Assembly: GCA_963726455.1 (NCBI GenBank)
Contig: CAVSCK010000003.1
Span: 288,001-352,000 of the forward strand
Length of the DNA: 64,000 bases
Source: an uncultured bacterium
GTDB taxonomy: Bacteria > Zixibacteria > MSB-5A5 > CAIYYT01
Reading direction: 5' to 3'
The notes beneath the pieces were generated by a model. That model was not told the origin of the DNA. It did no database searches and saw only the letters and a program-made list of their open reading frames with translations. Within the stretch, counting starts at the first letter, position 1, and every line of letters starts with the position of its first letter. This document shows, piece by piece, positions 9,472-20,286 of this stretch. The position numbers and the translations under genes are program-made.

Positions 9472-10502
9472 TACTTGCGTTCCTTGAGGCGCTTGAATAC
9501 TTCCTTGGCATCTTCGAGACGCTCGATGAGTTCTTTGCTCTTTTCACCCAGGAAACGTTCGAACTCAGCGGATTCCAGTGGAGTCAAGTACTCCTTCAAT
9601 TGAAGATGCAAAGCTTCTCTAAATGCGAGATCACGTTTGGCCATCTTAATACGCGCGTCATCTAGAAGGGGTTTCCAGTGAGGCTGAGCTTCAAATTCTG
9701 CAAATAAAGTATCGACTTCCCACGAGGTAAGCTTGCGACCCACTTTATTGTGGGCTTCTTCAAGTATCTTCGCAAATCCGTACTCATACGATGAAATAAG
9801 TCGAAGGATTTCTGAATAGAGTGTATCCCTAACTTCCTCACTCTTCTTCAAGCGGAGAATCTTCCGGTACTCCTGTGCATTTTCTTTGAAAATGCTCACG
9901 TATATTTTGTTCGTGTAGGCGGGGTACTTGAAATTGCCCATCTCGACATAGTCTCTTAGGGCATCAGTAAATTCTTTGCGATAGTTTTCTTCCCTGAAGT
10001 AGGTGACTATAAAGTCTTCGTCGCGCTGGTTGATATATTTGGTTCCGCCGCCAGTTCTCTGATTTATTGTATCAATTACAATGTCAAGAATGGCCTGTCG
10101 AAGAAGTCTGGCGCGTTCGCTTTCTGTGATTAGCATGGCAAGGTTTAGAAAGGCACGAAAGTCAAATATCCCAAGCGTCGTGGTTTTGTGCAAACTTTTG
10201 CCTATGAAACGAGTTTCGTTAGCAAACTGCTTCTTTACAGCTATTTTGTACTCCCGTAAAGACTTACCCCGCAAAACCTCGTAGCCATTTTGCCTCAATT
10301 CTGATTCGAATCTGGACAGATAGTTGTCGATTGTACGGGGATCAACCTCAAAGAACTCCGCAACTTGTTCCTTTACTAGAGTCATTTTCCCTTGAAACTC
10401 AATTCCTCGCCAATTAGTGGCCTTCTTGACTTCCTCGACCGCGTAGGGATTGTTGAGAATATTCTGACGGTCAATATCTGAGCTGGTTAAGTCTTTACCC
10501 AT
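9471..10502 (-). CDS. Putative DNA-binding protein, partner of Fic/Doc
   Basis: 343 aa with HTH-like KEQVAEFFEVDPRTIDNYL. Overlaps the Fic start; AT-richer than the flanks. Confidence 0.65.
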   Translation of the reverse strand: MGKDLTSSDIDRQNILNNPYAVEEVKKATNWRGIEFQGKMTLVKEQVAEFFEVDPRTIDNYLSRFESELRQNGYEVLRGKSLREYKIAVKKQFANETRFIGKSLHKTTTLGIFDFRAFLNLAMLITESERARLLRQAILDIVIDTINQRTGGGTKYINQRDEDFIVTYFREENYRKEFTDALRDYVEMGNFKYPAYTNKIYVSIFKENAQEYRKILRLKKSEEVRDTLYSEILRLISSYEYGFAKILEEAHNKVGRKLTSWEVDTLFAEFEAQPHWKPLLDDARIKMAKRDLAFREALHLQLKEYLTPLESAEFERFLGEKSKELIERLEDAKEVFKRLKERK

Positions 10503-10640
10503 TTGCTGCTGCTAACACTTTCCGATTGTTTTTGGACTTCGTCTTATGGTGGCATTTCCGGCTTCGGCACTCACACATTAAACGCAAACCATTCTAAATA
10601 TATCTTTAGCAGGGAAAACGGGTAGAGCTATTTTGTTTGT

Positions 10641-10748
10641 ATGACTAAGCGGTCACTCAGTAAGCAAAGAAGGCTCACCAAGCAGCAACGTAGTGATGCG
10701 GCGCGGAAAGCCGCAAGAGTAAGGTGGAAATCAAAGAAACCTCGTTAA
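10641..10748 (+). CDS. Small basic protein (35 aa) with LT..QRS..ARKAA..RW motif
   Basis: Manual translation MTKRSLSKQRRLTKQQRSDAARKAARVRWKSKKPR; below the ORF-track cutoff. Confidence 0.45.
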   Translation: MTKRSLSKQRRLTKQQRSDAARKAARVRWKSKKPR

Positions 10749-10820
10749 CTTAACGAGTGCACGGCTTAGTAGCTCTCTCACCAATTGGCTCTATATAGTG
10801 GTTCTTGTAGCGAAAAACGG

Positions 10821-11570
10821 CTACGCTTTCCCGTTTCCCCGTCTTGTCTTTGACGCCGCTTCGCAAAAACTCGCGAACAACTTGCGGCTGTAGACATCGC
10901 AGCCCCAGCTTTCCGGATGCCACTGGACGGCGATTGAATATCCGTCACCTTCGATGGCCTCGATCACGCCGTCGGAGGCAGTGGCGGAGACTTTCAGTCC
11001 GTGGCCCAGTTGCCTGATCCCCTGATGGTGTCCCGTATTGGTCTCGATGTGGTCAACGCCAAGTATTTCACGCAGCCGAGTGCCCGCTCTGATTTCGACC
11101 TCATGCCGCGTCGAAAAATCAAGTTCCCCCACTTGACCGTGATTGCCCGCACCCGGCATCTGGCTCAAATCCTGATACAATGTCCCGCCGGCGGCAACAT
11201 TGAGAATCTGCAGCCCGCGACAGACTCCCAGAATTGGAAGGCGCAACTTGAGGCATTCGCTGATCAATCTCACTTCAAACTGATCGCGCCTCGGCATCAT
11301 CGGCTTGCTGATCGGCTCAAGCTGTTCTCCGTAGAGTTGCGGATGGATATCCTCGCCGCCGACCAGGTACAACCCGTCAATCATCCGGCAATAGTGCTCA
11401 ATTCGGTCCGGCCGTTCGCTGGCCGGAATGCCGATGGGGATGCCGCCCTGATCCTCGACTGCCTCATAGTATTGTTCCTTGAGAAACTCAAACCGATATG
11501 CCGGCTGCGACGCGAAGTTGTGGTCTTCGGCGGCCAGCGCCAGCACAATGCCGATCACCGGATGACTCAA
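10821..11570 (-). CDS. Peptidase C26 / gamma-glutamyl-GABA hydrolase family
   Basis: DGLYLVGGEDI, PILGVCRGLQILNVAAGGTLYQD, VQWHPE. Confidence 0.93.
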   Translation of the reverse strand: MSHPVIGIVLALAAEDHNFASQPAYRFEFLKEQYYEAVEDQGGIPIGIPASERPDRIEHYCRMIDGLYLVGGEDIHPQLYGEQLEPISKPMMPRRDQFEVRLISECLKLRLPILGVCRGLQILNVAAGGTLYQDLSQMPGAGNHGQVGELDFSTRHEVEIRAGTRLREILGVDHIETNTGHHQGIRQLGHGLKVSATASDGVIEAIEGDGYSIAVQWHPESWGCDVYSRKLFASFCEAASKTRRGNGKA

Positions 11571-11588
11571 GCGCCACCTGCTCTCAAA

Positions 11589-13475
11589 TCAGAATGCGTA
11601 AAGGATGCTCCAGTGGAAGACGCCGCCATTTGGGTAATTGTTGATATTGGTGCGCCTGCCATAGTCGAGCCGAATCGGCCCCACCGGCGACATCCATTGG
11701 ACACCGAAGCCAAAGGTGACTGCCGGGCTTCGCCATTTGAGGTCGGTAATTTCGGCGACATTGTATCCGGCGTCGACAAAGGTCGAGCCCCAGATTTGCC
11801 AGAACAGCGGTTTACGCAATTCCAGATTCAACACTCCCATCGCTTCGCCGCCCGTCGGCACGCCGTCAATACCGATCGGCCCCAGAGTGTTCTCCACAAA
11901 GCCACGCACCGTGTAGGCGCCGCCCAGATAGAATTTATCTTTGGTCGGTACGCCGAGAGATTTGCCATACTCGGTCACCCATCCGAGTTTCACTCGGGAA
12001 GCGAACACGCCGTCGCGGTCGAATTTGTTATACTTGGACCAACTCCAGACCATTTTGACGAAGGTATTGTCTCCCCCGAGGATGCCGCCGACATAAGTGA
12101 ACTGATACTGCGTGAGCGCTCCCGATGCGGGATTGAACTTGTTAAGCAGCGGCCGCGTGTCCTGATCGAGTTCGAAGACGACGGAGCGGTCAACGTTCAA
12201 ACCCAGTTCGTTTATGTAAAGCCGCGCGGTGGCGGTGTCGACGTCGAAGATTCTGAACTGCTCGTAAGTTCCCGACACCGACAGCCTCGTCCAGAGCGAA
12301 AACTCGCGAATCAGGGTTGCATCCACGCCCACCGTCTGGATGCGGTACTTCTGTACCAGCGAACGCACCGCCGGCTCATAACGGAAGGTCAACAGCAACG
12401 GCATACGTTGTCCGAACACGTACGGTTCAGTGTACCCGAACTCAAAATGCTGTTTGACAAATCCCCAATTGTTGAACGCCTGGAACGATGTTACCGACTG
12501 AATACTCATATTGCGGCCGGTGCCCTTGATATTTCGATTGCCGGCAATACCGGTCAGCGCCCAGAGAAAATCCTTTTCCTGATCCTGTGTCGCACCGGCG
12601 GCGAGATTTAGGTATCGCGGCAGCCGCTCAATGGCGTTCACGCGGAACGGCGGCATCAGACTGTCGGCATGGCTCATCGAGTCCGGCGTGCGCAACGTCG
12701 CGTAGCTGAACAGTCCGGTGCGGATTAAGCGCTGTTCCGATTCAAACAGCTTGTCGCGGCTATACATGTCTCCGCGCTTAAACGCTACCTCGTGCTCGAA
12801 CACACTCCTTTTGGTCGTGACCGTCGAGTCGACAATCAGGTCGCCGAACGCCACGCGATCACCTTTGTCGATCCTAATGTTCACCGCCACCGTGCTGTCT
12901 TGCGGATCCCTGGTGAGTGAATCTGTCTCCCGCGCGTACGGATATCCGGAATTGGCGAAATAGCCCTTAATATCCTGCTGCACGGCTTCGATGGTTGAGT
13001 AGCGCAGATAGTCTCCCGGCTTGTACTTTCGCGCCGATCCCTGCACGGTTTCCAGGTCCTTTCCCAGCACACCGCTGACGCCAACCGTGGAAATCCGGTA
13101 GCGAATTCCTTCCGTGATCCCGATGTATACCTTGACCTGCGTGTAGTCGGTGGAGCCGGCGAAATCGACGTCGACTTTGGCGTCCGGGAATCCCTGATCT
13201 TTGTAGAAGTATTCCAACAGGATTTGGTCGTAATAGAGATCCATTTTGGTGAACCGATGTTTGCGCTTCAGCCTGACCGATTGCCAGAAGCCGTCCTCTT
13301 TGGAATACAGCTTCTTGCGAATCGTGCCCTCGGAGAAATTCTTGTTTCCCGAGATGATTATCTTTTCGATATGAGGACGTTTGGCCAGTAACTTGCGTTT
13401 TTCGGGAGTAAATACCGCGCCCAGAGCGGTCTCGGCACACAGACAGAGAATTAACAGGAGGGCGGCTGGTTTCAC
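11589..13475 (-). CDS. tamA: Omp85 (TamA/BamA-like) outer-membrane assembly protein
   Basis: Signal peptide, POTRA-like repeats, FYLGGAYTVRGF, SPVGPIRLDYG, terminal F. Adjacent to TamB. Confidence 0.85.
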   Translation of the reverse strand: MKPAALLLILCLCAETALGAVFTPEKRKLLAKRPHIEKIIISGNKNFSEGTIRKKLYSKEDGFWQSVRLKRKHRFTKMDLYYDQILLEYFYKDQGFPDAKVDVDFAGSTDYTQVKVYIGITEGIRYRISTVGVSGVLGKDLETVQGSARKYKPGDYLRYSTIEAVQQDIKGYFANSGYPYARETDSLTRDPQDSTVAVNIRIDKGDRVAFGDLIVDSTVTTKRSVFEHEVAFKRGDMYSRDKLFESEQRLIRTGLFSYATLRTPDSMSHADSLMPPFRVNAIERLPRYLNLAAGATQDQEKDFLWALTGIAGNRNIKGTGRNMSIQSVTSFQAFNNWGFVKQHFEFGYTEPYVFGQRMPLLLTFRYEPAVRSLVQKYRIQTVGVDATLIREFSLWTRLSVSGTYEQFRIFDVDTATARLYINELGLNVDRSVVFELDQDTRPLLNKFNPASGALTQYQFTYVGGILGGDNTFVKMVWSWSKYNKFDRDGVFASRVKLGWVTEYGKSLGVPTKDKFYLGGAYTVRGFVENTLGPIGIDGVPTGGEAMGVLNLELRKPLFWQIWGSTFVDAGYNVAEITDLKWRSPAVTFGFGVQWMSPVGPIRLDYGRRTNINNYPNGGVFHWSILYAF

Positions 13476-16400
13476 TTAAATTCCCATTTCAGATTCAAGT
13501 TTAGATTCCAGAGTTTGTCGCGATTCAGACTTCCCGCCAGGAACAAGTGCCGGCCCAGATGATACTCCGCGCCGTATTCGGCGCTGCCGTCCAGCGACAG
13601 CGAGTTGACATAGGTGTAAACATTGGGCAACGTGTACAAACCGAGCGTGAATTCCGCCCCCGTGACGTTATTCTTGGAGCCGTAAGTTGGATTGATCTCC
13701 ACCTTCTCCACGCCGAAGGTGCGACTCAGTCGTCTGCCAAGCAGATTCCCCAACATGCCGATACCGCCGACCTGAATGCGATTCTGCAGGGCCGTGGTGG
13801 CAAAGGGATCGTTCGCACTGGCGCTGGCCGACTGATTCATCAGGATCAACGTGAGAATATCCTGATCCGAGTAGTTTGATCCCGAAGCCGCGCTAAATTT
13901 CGGGGCCGATAACGTATTGGTGACCACAAGATCAAGTGTATTAGTCGCCGAGCCGCCGACGTTGGCGCCATAGTTGGGCAACTGTGCGCTCGCGGTAATG
14001 GCGAGTGTCGGATCCGGTTGTTTGATATCCTGGTAAATGAGTTGGCTCCCCTCGCCGATCTTGAAGGTTAGGTCTCCCAGGTAGTAACTGCCGCGATTGA
14101 TGTTGATCGTGCCAAGATAGTTGTCCTTTGCATTAAGCCGCTCAACATACAGATCGCCGTCCACGACCATGTTGACGTCGGAGTTCTTTACGATCACCGA
14201 TCCCGGCAGCATGACCAGATGAATTATGTAATCCCACGTCGCTACGGTGTCGGCGGCTTCGATGGCGGTGGATACGGCCTGCGTCGCGAAGTCTTCGTAG
14301 TAAGTTGCCTCTTTGACCGTGACATCACCCGTGATCTTCGGGGGGTTGTCGCCCTTGATTTCCAGATCAGCATCGCAGAGGCCGTAAATGTCGCCCAGGT
14401 CATACTTGATCGGCACGTCGAAACCGACGATATCGATATCGTAGTAGAATGTTTGCAGATTCCGGATCAGGATCGTCCCCGCCGCGCGCAGTGTTCCTTC
14501 CTTGCCTTTGTAGCGTGCCTTGCCCTCAGCCCACTCGATTTTGACCAGCTTGTCCTGCGAGGTCACCTCCGCCTGAAGGTCCTGAATCGGATTTTCCATC
14601 TGATAGATCTTGACCGCGCCATTCTTGAGATTGAAGAAACCCTTGGTCTGCGGCTGATGCGGCGTGCCGTAGACGTCAAGTTGAAGGTCATAGTCTCCCG
14701 AAAGCGACTCGATGTTTTCGTTCAACGAAGACAGGATCGACAGATCGTTACCTGACGATTTGACCGTAAGCTCCATCGGCTGTTGCGGCACGTAAGCAAG
14801 CCCGCTGTCGAGATTCATAATAAAGGGGAACTTACCTGTCGCGGTCGCGCTGCCACCCTTGAAATTCAGAACCAGGTCGTCGAAAGTCACGGTGGAATCC
14901 TCGAAGTGCAGCTTGGCGGCCAGGGTTCCGATTGAATCGCGACCGAACGCCAGATCGGGCACGATCCCTTCCAACTTGACATGTGGAAGCTTCAACTTGC
15001 CGGTCATTTCGCCGTCCATTTTGAGTGTGCCGGTCAGAGCTGAATCAACGCTAAGTTCCTTCAGCCACGGCGCGACCGCAAATGAATCCGTCTCGACCCG
15101 CAGCACGATCGTGCTGTCGTAACCGTAATCGCAATAGATATTCAGAGCGCCCTCATCGCCTCTGATCCGGGCAGTATCAACCACGATGCGATCGACCAGA
15201 AATTCCACGGGAATCGGCGCGGTGTTGTAGTATCGCAACGAATCGAATGTAAACGCGAAATCAGAGACTTGCACCGAGGCCGTCGAGTCAGCCACGATAG
15301 CCACTGCTTTTCCGGCCATTGAATAGCGCGGATCATAAACCACGGCCGTGTCAATCGTAATCACATTCGAGTCGATCTTTACGTCGGCAATAAGACTGTC
15401 GGCAGGCAACGTCCAGACGTCACTACTGAAGGCCTTGAGTTTGACACTCCCTACCCGGCGATACAGGAAACTGCCGATGTCGAAACTTGCCCTGAGACTA
15501 TCGGTCGCCAATCCATAGAAGCTGCACGAGTCGCCGTAGAATTCGCCACGGATGTCGGGATCGCGATTGTTGCCTGTGACGACGAAATTCCCCCGGCCGG
15601 TTCCCGACAATTTCTTGATGAAGAGATCGCCCCAGAAATCCTGCAGTTGCGTGGTGGTAAAGTCACCGGTAAGCCCCATCTCGCCGGTGTAGTCAACTAC
15701 TCCCTCAGTAGTGAAGCGTGAATGCTTGTAGTTGAGACTGAACCCCGGATGGAAATACATATCGGTGGTATTCGCGCTGATGGTACCCTCAAGCGAATCA
15801 TAATTGACGAAATCGAAACTTCCCCTGCCGGCTCGTACGTTAAGATCGATGTTGAAGCTATTCCCGCCCAGTCCCGAACCGCTGATTTGCAGAATGCCGT
15901 TGACCTTCGATTTGAAAGTATTCGGCAGAATCTTATCGAGATTGATGCCCGTCACAGCCAGATCTCCGGAGTAAGTTTCCGGCCGCGCCACCAGATTCAT
16001 CTCGATTGAACCGCTCAGGTCGCCGTCGAACGCCTGCCCTTTCAAGTTGCGAAAATTCAGCACGCCGTTGTCATAGCTGTAGTCGATGTTGACCGGCCCG
16101 ATCAAGCGGTCAAAGAATGATCCGTTGAGATCGGCGTTGCCTCCGAATGTCAGGCCCTTGCCGGCTACTTTGGCGGAGAAGTCGATATCCCCCAGCAGAC
16201 TGAGACCGGTAACATTCGACAGTTCCCACAGGCAGACGCGGCTGTTGGTGAAGGCAAATTTATATGCTCCGGTTGAGTCCAGCGAATAGCCGCCGTCGCC
16301 GAAAATCTTCGACGAATCCGTCACCAGCACCAGTGAATCAACGTTGAGAATCTTGTTGGCCAGGGTCAGATCACAATGCAGAGACCGTATATGAAAATCC

Positions 16401-16990
16401 TGCTCCGGATAATTCAGCAGCACCGTATCAACCGCCGCTTTGATATCTCCCTTGTCGAGCAACAGCGATCCGGCGAGCGAAATGCTGTCCACATAGTATG
16501 CCGACGGAAGCTTGAACCATTGGAACCGCCCGTTGTCGACGCGATAGTGGTCGATAGCGATCCTCAGCGCCGAAGGTTTGCTCTCCTGACCGTTGCCGCC
16601 AAACTCGGGAATCAGGACCGCGCCCGAACTGTCCGACCTTAGCACCAAAGTCGGCTGCTCGATCAAGAGACTGTCGAGGTGCCAGTTGCCGTGCCAGAGG
16701 TTGTTGATATTGTAGTAGGCCTCAATCCGTTTGACGTTGAGCAACCGATACCGATGCGGCGACTTCTCGAAATCCACCCGCACATTGTCGACCGTCAGAT
16801 ATTCGAACAGGGAGCCGCCGATGTTGCCGTATTCGACCTTGACGTTGTATCGCGATTCGATGTACTGCGCCAGCAGCATGTTGATGCCGCGATGCACCAG
16901 CGTCGTCTGCGTGACAACGAATATCGTCACAATCACGGCGCCCAGAACGATCAGGACCAGCGCGATCGGTATATGAAAGATGAACTTCAT
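13472..16990 (-). CDS. tamB: TamB/AsmA-like translocation-assembly module protein
   Basis: 1172 aa with an N-terminal TM anchor, beta-rich repeats and a DUF490-like C-terminus (DPTLAITASA...SDQDILTLIL). Confidence 0.85.
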   Translation of the reverse strand: MKFIFHIPIALVLIVLGAVIVTIFVVTQTTLVHRGINMLLAQYIESRYNVKVEYGNIGGSLFEYLTVDNVRVDFEKSPHRYRLLNVKRIEAYYNINNLWHGNWHLDSLLIEQPTLVLRSDSSGAVLIPEFGGNGQESKPSALRIAIDHYRVDNGRFQWFKLPSAYYVDSISLAGSLLLDKGDIKAAVDTVLLNYPEQDFHIRSLHCDLTLANKILNVDSLVLVTDSSKIFGDGGYSLDSTGAYKFAFTNSRVCLWELSNVTGLSLLGDIDFSAKVAGKGLTFGGNADLNGSFFDRLIGPVNIDYSYDNGVLNFRNLKGQAFDGDLSGSIEMNLVARPETYSGDLAVTGINLDKILPNTFKSKVNGILQISGSGLGGNSFNIDLNVRAGRGSFDFVNYDSLEGTISANTTDMYFHPGFSLNYKHSRFTTEGVVDYTGEMGLTGDFTTTQLQDFWGDLFIKKLSGTGRGNFVVTGNNRDPDIRGEFYGDSCSFYGLATDSLRASFDIGSFLYRRVGSVKLKAFSSDVWTLPADSLIADVKIDSNVITIDTAVVYDPRYSMAGKAVAIVADSTASVQVSDFAFTFDSLRYYNTAPIPVEFLVDRIVVDTARIRGDEGALNIYCDYGYDSTIVLRVETDSFAVAPWLKELSVDSALTGTLKMDGEMTGKLKLPHVKLEGIVPDLAFGRDSIGTLAAKLHFEDSTVTFDDLVLNFKGGSATATGKFPFIMNLDSGLAYVPQQPMELTVKSSGNDLSILSSLNENIESLSGDYDLQLDVYGTPHQPQTKGFFNLKNGAVKIYQMENPIQDLQAEVTSQDKLVKIEWAEGKARYKGKEGTLRAAGTILIRNLQTFYYDIDIVGFDVPIKYDLGDIYGLCDADLEIKGDNPPKITGDVTVKEATYYEDFATQAVSTAIEAADTVATWDYIIHLVMLPGSVIVKNSDVNMVVDGDLYVERLNAKDNYLGTININRGSYYLGDLTFKIGEGSQLIYQDIKQPDPTLAITASAQLPNYGANVGGSATNTLDLVVTNTLSAPKFSAASGSNYSDQDILTLILMNQSASASANDPFATTALQNRIQVGGIGMLGNLLGRRLSRTFGVEKVEINPTYGSKNNVTGAEFTLGLYTLPNVYTYVNSLSLDGSAEYGAEYHLGRHLFLAGSLNRDKLWNLNLNLKWEFK

Positions 16991-17589
16991 TGCCGGTAGA
17001 CCTGCTTCACCGTGTCCTCGACGAGCGCTCGTTGGCCGGCTGTGAGCGGCGTGCTGCTAATCGCCGCTATCACAGTGTCTGCGCTTGCGCCCAAATTCCG
17101 CGCTCCCCGGACATGGCTGTAAAGCTGCACGGGATGGCCCGACAATGCCAGAAACACGATGCTGGCAATTTCCCGCTCAATTCCTGTCGGCCCCGGCCGC
17201 GACAATACTTTACCGTAGCCGTCGCAAATCATCCAATCCGCCAATTCCGGGGACACTTCGCGCATATTCCCTACCAGCCGTTCGAAATTGGGATGGTAGA
17301 CTTTGCGGCAGAGTTGTTCCCCACGGCTGCGGATTTGCTGCATTTCTTCATTAACCCCCGGACGATGCTTCAACTGCAATCCCGATTCCGCCAGCCAGTG
17401 CGAAAACACCTTGGCGGTCTCGATTGCCTGAGCGTACCCAAAGAACAGATGCGACTGCAATAGCACCTCGTAAGCAACTTCGGGCGGCAACGGGTTGGGG
17501 ACAATTTTCGACAACAACACGGGAAGCTTTTCCGGTTTCCCCGGCCCCAGCGCTGCCGCCAATTCGGCTACTGCTTTTATACGTTCCAT
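16987..17589 (-). CDS. Carboxymuconolactone decarboxylase/AhpD-like protein
   Basis: EVLLQSHLFFGY, GYGKVLSRPG....REI, QLYSHVRGARNLGAS. Start placed at MERIKAV. Confidence 0.8.
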   Translation of the reverse strand: MERIKAVAELAAALGPGKPEKLPVLLSKIVPNPLPPEVAYEVLLQSHLFFGYAQAIETAKVFSHWLAESGLQLKHRPGVNEEMQQIRSRGEQLCRKVYHPNFERLVGNMREVSPELADWMICDGYGKVLSRPGPTGIEREIASIVFLALSGHPVQLYSHVRGARNLGASADTVIAAISSTPLTAGQRALVEDTVKQVYRQ

Positions 17590-17855
17590 TATACTAACGT
17601 TTCGCGGGAGGCCTGTCGTTGGCGCCCGGTCGGCGACCAATGTAATCTTTTATCAATTCAGAGGATACAACAAAAATGTCGGCGTTTTGGGCTGGGCTGC
17701 TTCGTAACCTCACGCAGGGGATTTCTGATATGACTCGAATCGGATCATTCAACGGTTCTGGAGGGTACTAACGACCACAAAAATATCGCCCGGCGATCTT
17801 GCAAATTAGCTCTCACAATACCGCAGGGCGATCTGATGGTATCATCTTCAGGTAA

Positions 17856-18590
17856 TCAATAGCTGACAGTTGCCGCGGCGTTCCTCATCAAATTTCTGTT
17901 TGTGCTGTAAACCGGCCGAAAGAACGGCGATCGAATATCGTAATACGAACTGCTCGCATTCACCATGCTTCCTTCGGGAATGATATACTCACGTCCCAGC
18001 CGCTTCAGCGTCTCCACATACAGCGATTCAACTTTGTCTTCCGAAAGCCGCAAGCCCCGAACCTGTGCCAGATTGGTGGCGCGATAATTCGACGCCGAGC
18101 CGGAAACACCGATGATGTTTTCGTAAGTATTCGCCGGCACTCGCTCTCTTACGTGTCGCGCCGCCGGAACAGCATTCGGTTTTGCACTCGCGTTTTGGGA
18201 ATACATCGCGCCGTCTTCCGGAGAATTCGGCAACGTGTTCGACTTCGAAATGAACACAATCGCCAACAGCGCAGCCACCGCTACGGTAGCCACAGTCGAA
18301 ATCCATCCGACGGGGCGCCGCAGCCATGGTATCACCGGACCGGCCAGATAGCTTTCCGTGGGACAACTCTGCTCCGCATAAATGCGATTGAGTAGTTTCA
18401 AATTAAAGTCGTCCGGAACCGCTTTGGTCGGCAATGAGCGCGCGGCTGTCAGTATTTCTTCAAGGATGAATTTTTCGCGTTCGCAGCGTTTGCAATCTCT
18501 TATATGCACCTCCATCTCCCTAAGGGTGTCCGAAGTGAGCGAGCCGTCAGAGTATGTTGAGAGGTAGTATCGTACCTTTCGACAATTCAT
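17856..18590 (-). CDS. Zinc-binding anti-sigma factor (zf-HC2) with TM helix
   Basis: MNC..V...LS.Y.DG and HxxxCxxC (HIRDCKRC), followed by a TM segment. Lies downstream of the ECF sigma. Confidence 0.9.
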   Translation of the reverse strand: MNCRKVRYYLSTYSDGSLTSDTLREMEVHIRDCKRCEREKFILEEILTAARSLPTKAVPDDFNLKLLNRIYAEQSCPTESYLAGPVIPWLRRPVGWISTVATVAVAALLAIVFISKSNTLPNSPEDGAMYSQNASAKPNAVPAARHVRERVPANTYENIIGVSGSASNYRATNLAQVRGLRLSEDKVESLYVETLKRLGREYIIPEGSMVNASSSYYDIRSPFFRPVYSTNRNLMRNAAATVSY

Positions 18591-19146
18591 AGGACTCCTC
18601 CAGCCGCGGTTTGAGACGATTGCGCAATATTGCGCGCGCCCGATTTACCCGCGACTTGACAGTCCCCAGGGGCACTCCCAATACCTGGGCTATCTCTTCA
18701 TAAGAAAGATTGTCGACGTCACGCAGCAAAAAGGCGGTTTTGTATTTCTCGGGTAATCTCTTCATTTCGGTATCCAACAATACCTTGAGATTCGAAGAAG
18801 TATCCTTCTTCTCCTCCTTCGCCGTCAGTTTGTCGGAAAAATCAAATATGTCGAGAAACTTAATCTTCTTCCTGCGACGTAGTTCATTACGGGCCAGATT
18901 GAGGGCGATCGTATAAATCCACGTTGAAAATGCAAACCGGAAATCGTACGACAACTTGTGTTGCCAGACACGCAAAAATGTCTCCTGCAACAGGTCGCTC
19001 GCTTCATCTTCAGACGAAAGCATCCGGTAAAGTACGTTGAACAATCGGTCTTTATATCTATTGACCAATGTGTTGTAGGAGACCATGTCTCCTTCCTGTA
19101 CCCGGCGCATTAGATCCAGATCAGGAAGCGTGTCTCTGTTCAGCAT
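18547..19146 (-). CDS. ECF sigma factor (RpoE/SigW-like)
   Basis: DLLQETFLRVW, FSTWIYTIALN, LSYEEIAQVLGVPLGTVKSRVNRAR. Confidence 0.96.
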   Translation of the reverse strand: MLNRDTLPDLDLMRRVQEGDMVSYNTLVNRYKDRLFNVLYRMLSSEDEASDLLQETFLRVWQHKLSYDFRFAFSTWIYTIALNLARNELRRRKKIKFLDIFDFSDKLTAKEEKKDTSSNLKVLLDTEMKRLPEKYKTAFLLRDVDNLSYEEIAQVLGVPLGTVKSRVNRARAILRNRLKPRLEESYELSKGTILPLNIL

Positions 19147-19482
19147 CGGTATCCTTCCTCAGTCATGTACATTCAGTGTAATTTACAATTAACTACGTAC
19201 AACTGTTCCCTAAATCAAGAAATAAGCTGTCTCCGGAGCACGTCACTCCAACCTCTTGGACGACAAAACCGCTCCAGAACATACGCTTAAAGATATCTAT
19301 ACCGGGACGGTTCCAGTATTCTTTTTTTGGCCCCGACCCATTCAGCCGTTGGCTTTTCGGGCCACTCTGGTTATATTCGTCCGCGATAGTCAAAGTAACC
19401 AGTCCCGGCGTACTAAGACAGGAAGAACAGGGGGACCAGAAGTGTACACCGGCACAATTTCCTATCGGGAGGAATCGGACAA

Positions 19483-20007
19483 GTGAATGTCTCAGAAGCA
19501 ATTGCGAAGCGCAGATCGGTTCGATCATATAAAGACACCCCTATCGAGTCCGACAAGCTCGACCTGATCCTGCAGGCCGCCCGGCTATCCCCGTCGGCGC
19601 GGAACCAGCAAATCTGGAAATTCATCGTGATCCGCAACAAAGATACCCGTGAGAAGCTCGTCCATGCCTGCGATGAGCAAATGAACATTTCTGAGGCGGA
19701 TACCGTTGTTTGCTGCTGCGCCCTGAAATCCGATATGCGTTTGCCTAACGGAGAAACCACTCACACTATGGATTTGGCCGTCGCGGCCTCGTTTATGATG
19801 CTTCAGGCGACCGAATTAGGGCTGGGCAGTTGCTGGGTCGGCAATTTCAACGAGGAAAAGATTAGGAAGCTCCTGCGCATTCCCGAAACCGTCAAGGTCG
19901 TCTGCTTGCTCACTCTCGGCTACCCGCATTTTATGCCACCGGCGTCCGACAGGAAGCCGTTGAGCGAGATTGTCAGTATCGAGAGTTTCGTGCAGCCGCA
20001 CCCGTAA
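19483..20007 (+). CDS. Nitroreductase family protein
   Basis: AIAKRRSVRSY, ARLSPSARNQQIWKF, ATELGLGSCWVG. Confidence 0.95.
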   Translation: MNVSEAIAKRRSVRSYKDTPIESDKLDLILQAARLSPSARNQQIWKFIVIRNKDTREKLVHACDEQMNISEADTVVCCCALKSDMRLPNGETTHTMDLAVAASFMMLQATELGLGSCWVGNFNEEKIRKLLRIPETVKVVCLLTLGYPHFMPPASDRKPLSEIVSIESFVQPHP

Positions 20008-20286
20008 CGATTTCGCACAAGGATTGTGCCTAAATACCCACAGTCCGGCAGCATTTTGTTCATTCAGTGGCGCCGAGTCTGCATCACCCAACCGACGCAA
20101 GTAATTTACTTCTGTGTCTGTCTTATAATTAGCACGGATGTTGCTGCCAGCCGACAGCAACGGCACAAAGCTTGCTTTGCATATCAAGGACCGATGTTCA
20201 CGAACGGCAAGTTATTGTTGACCGGCGCCCGTGCCGGCTTAGATTCAATTCTGGAAACTCTGTGGATTGAATTTGAGGAGGCACGA

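Noticed and set aside
11001-12611. 536-aa plus-strand ORF and similar long antisense ORFs (e.g. 7974-8924, 47413-48336, 61574-62386)
   Set aside because: These are shadow ORFs opposite well-supported genes in GC-rich DNA, with no motifs.
19285-19315. Autoregulatory ECF promoter (GGAACC...TCT, minus strand) upstream of the sigma gene
   Set aside because: The -10 match and spacing are too weak to support without homologues.
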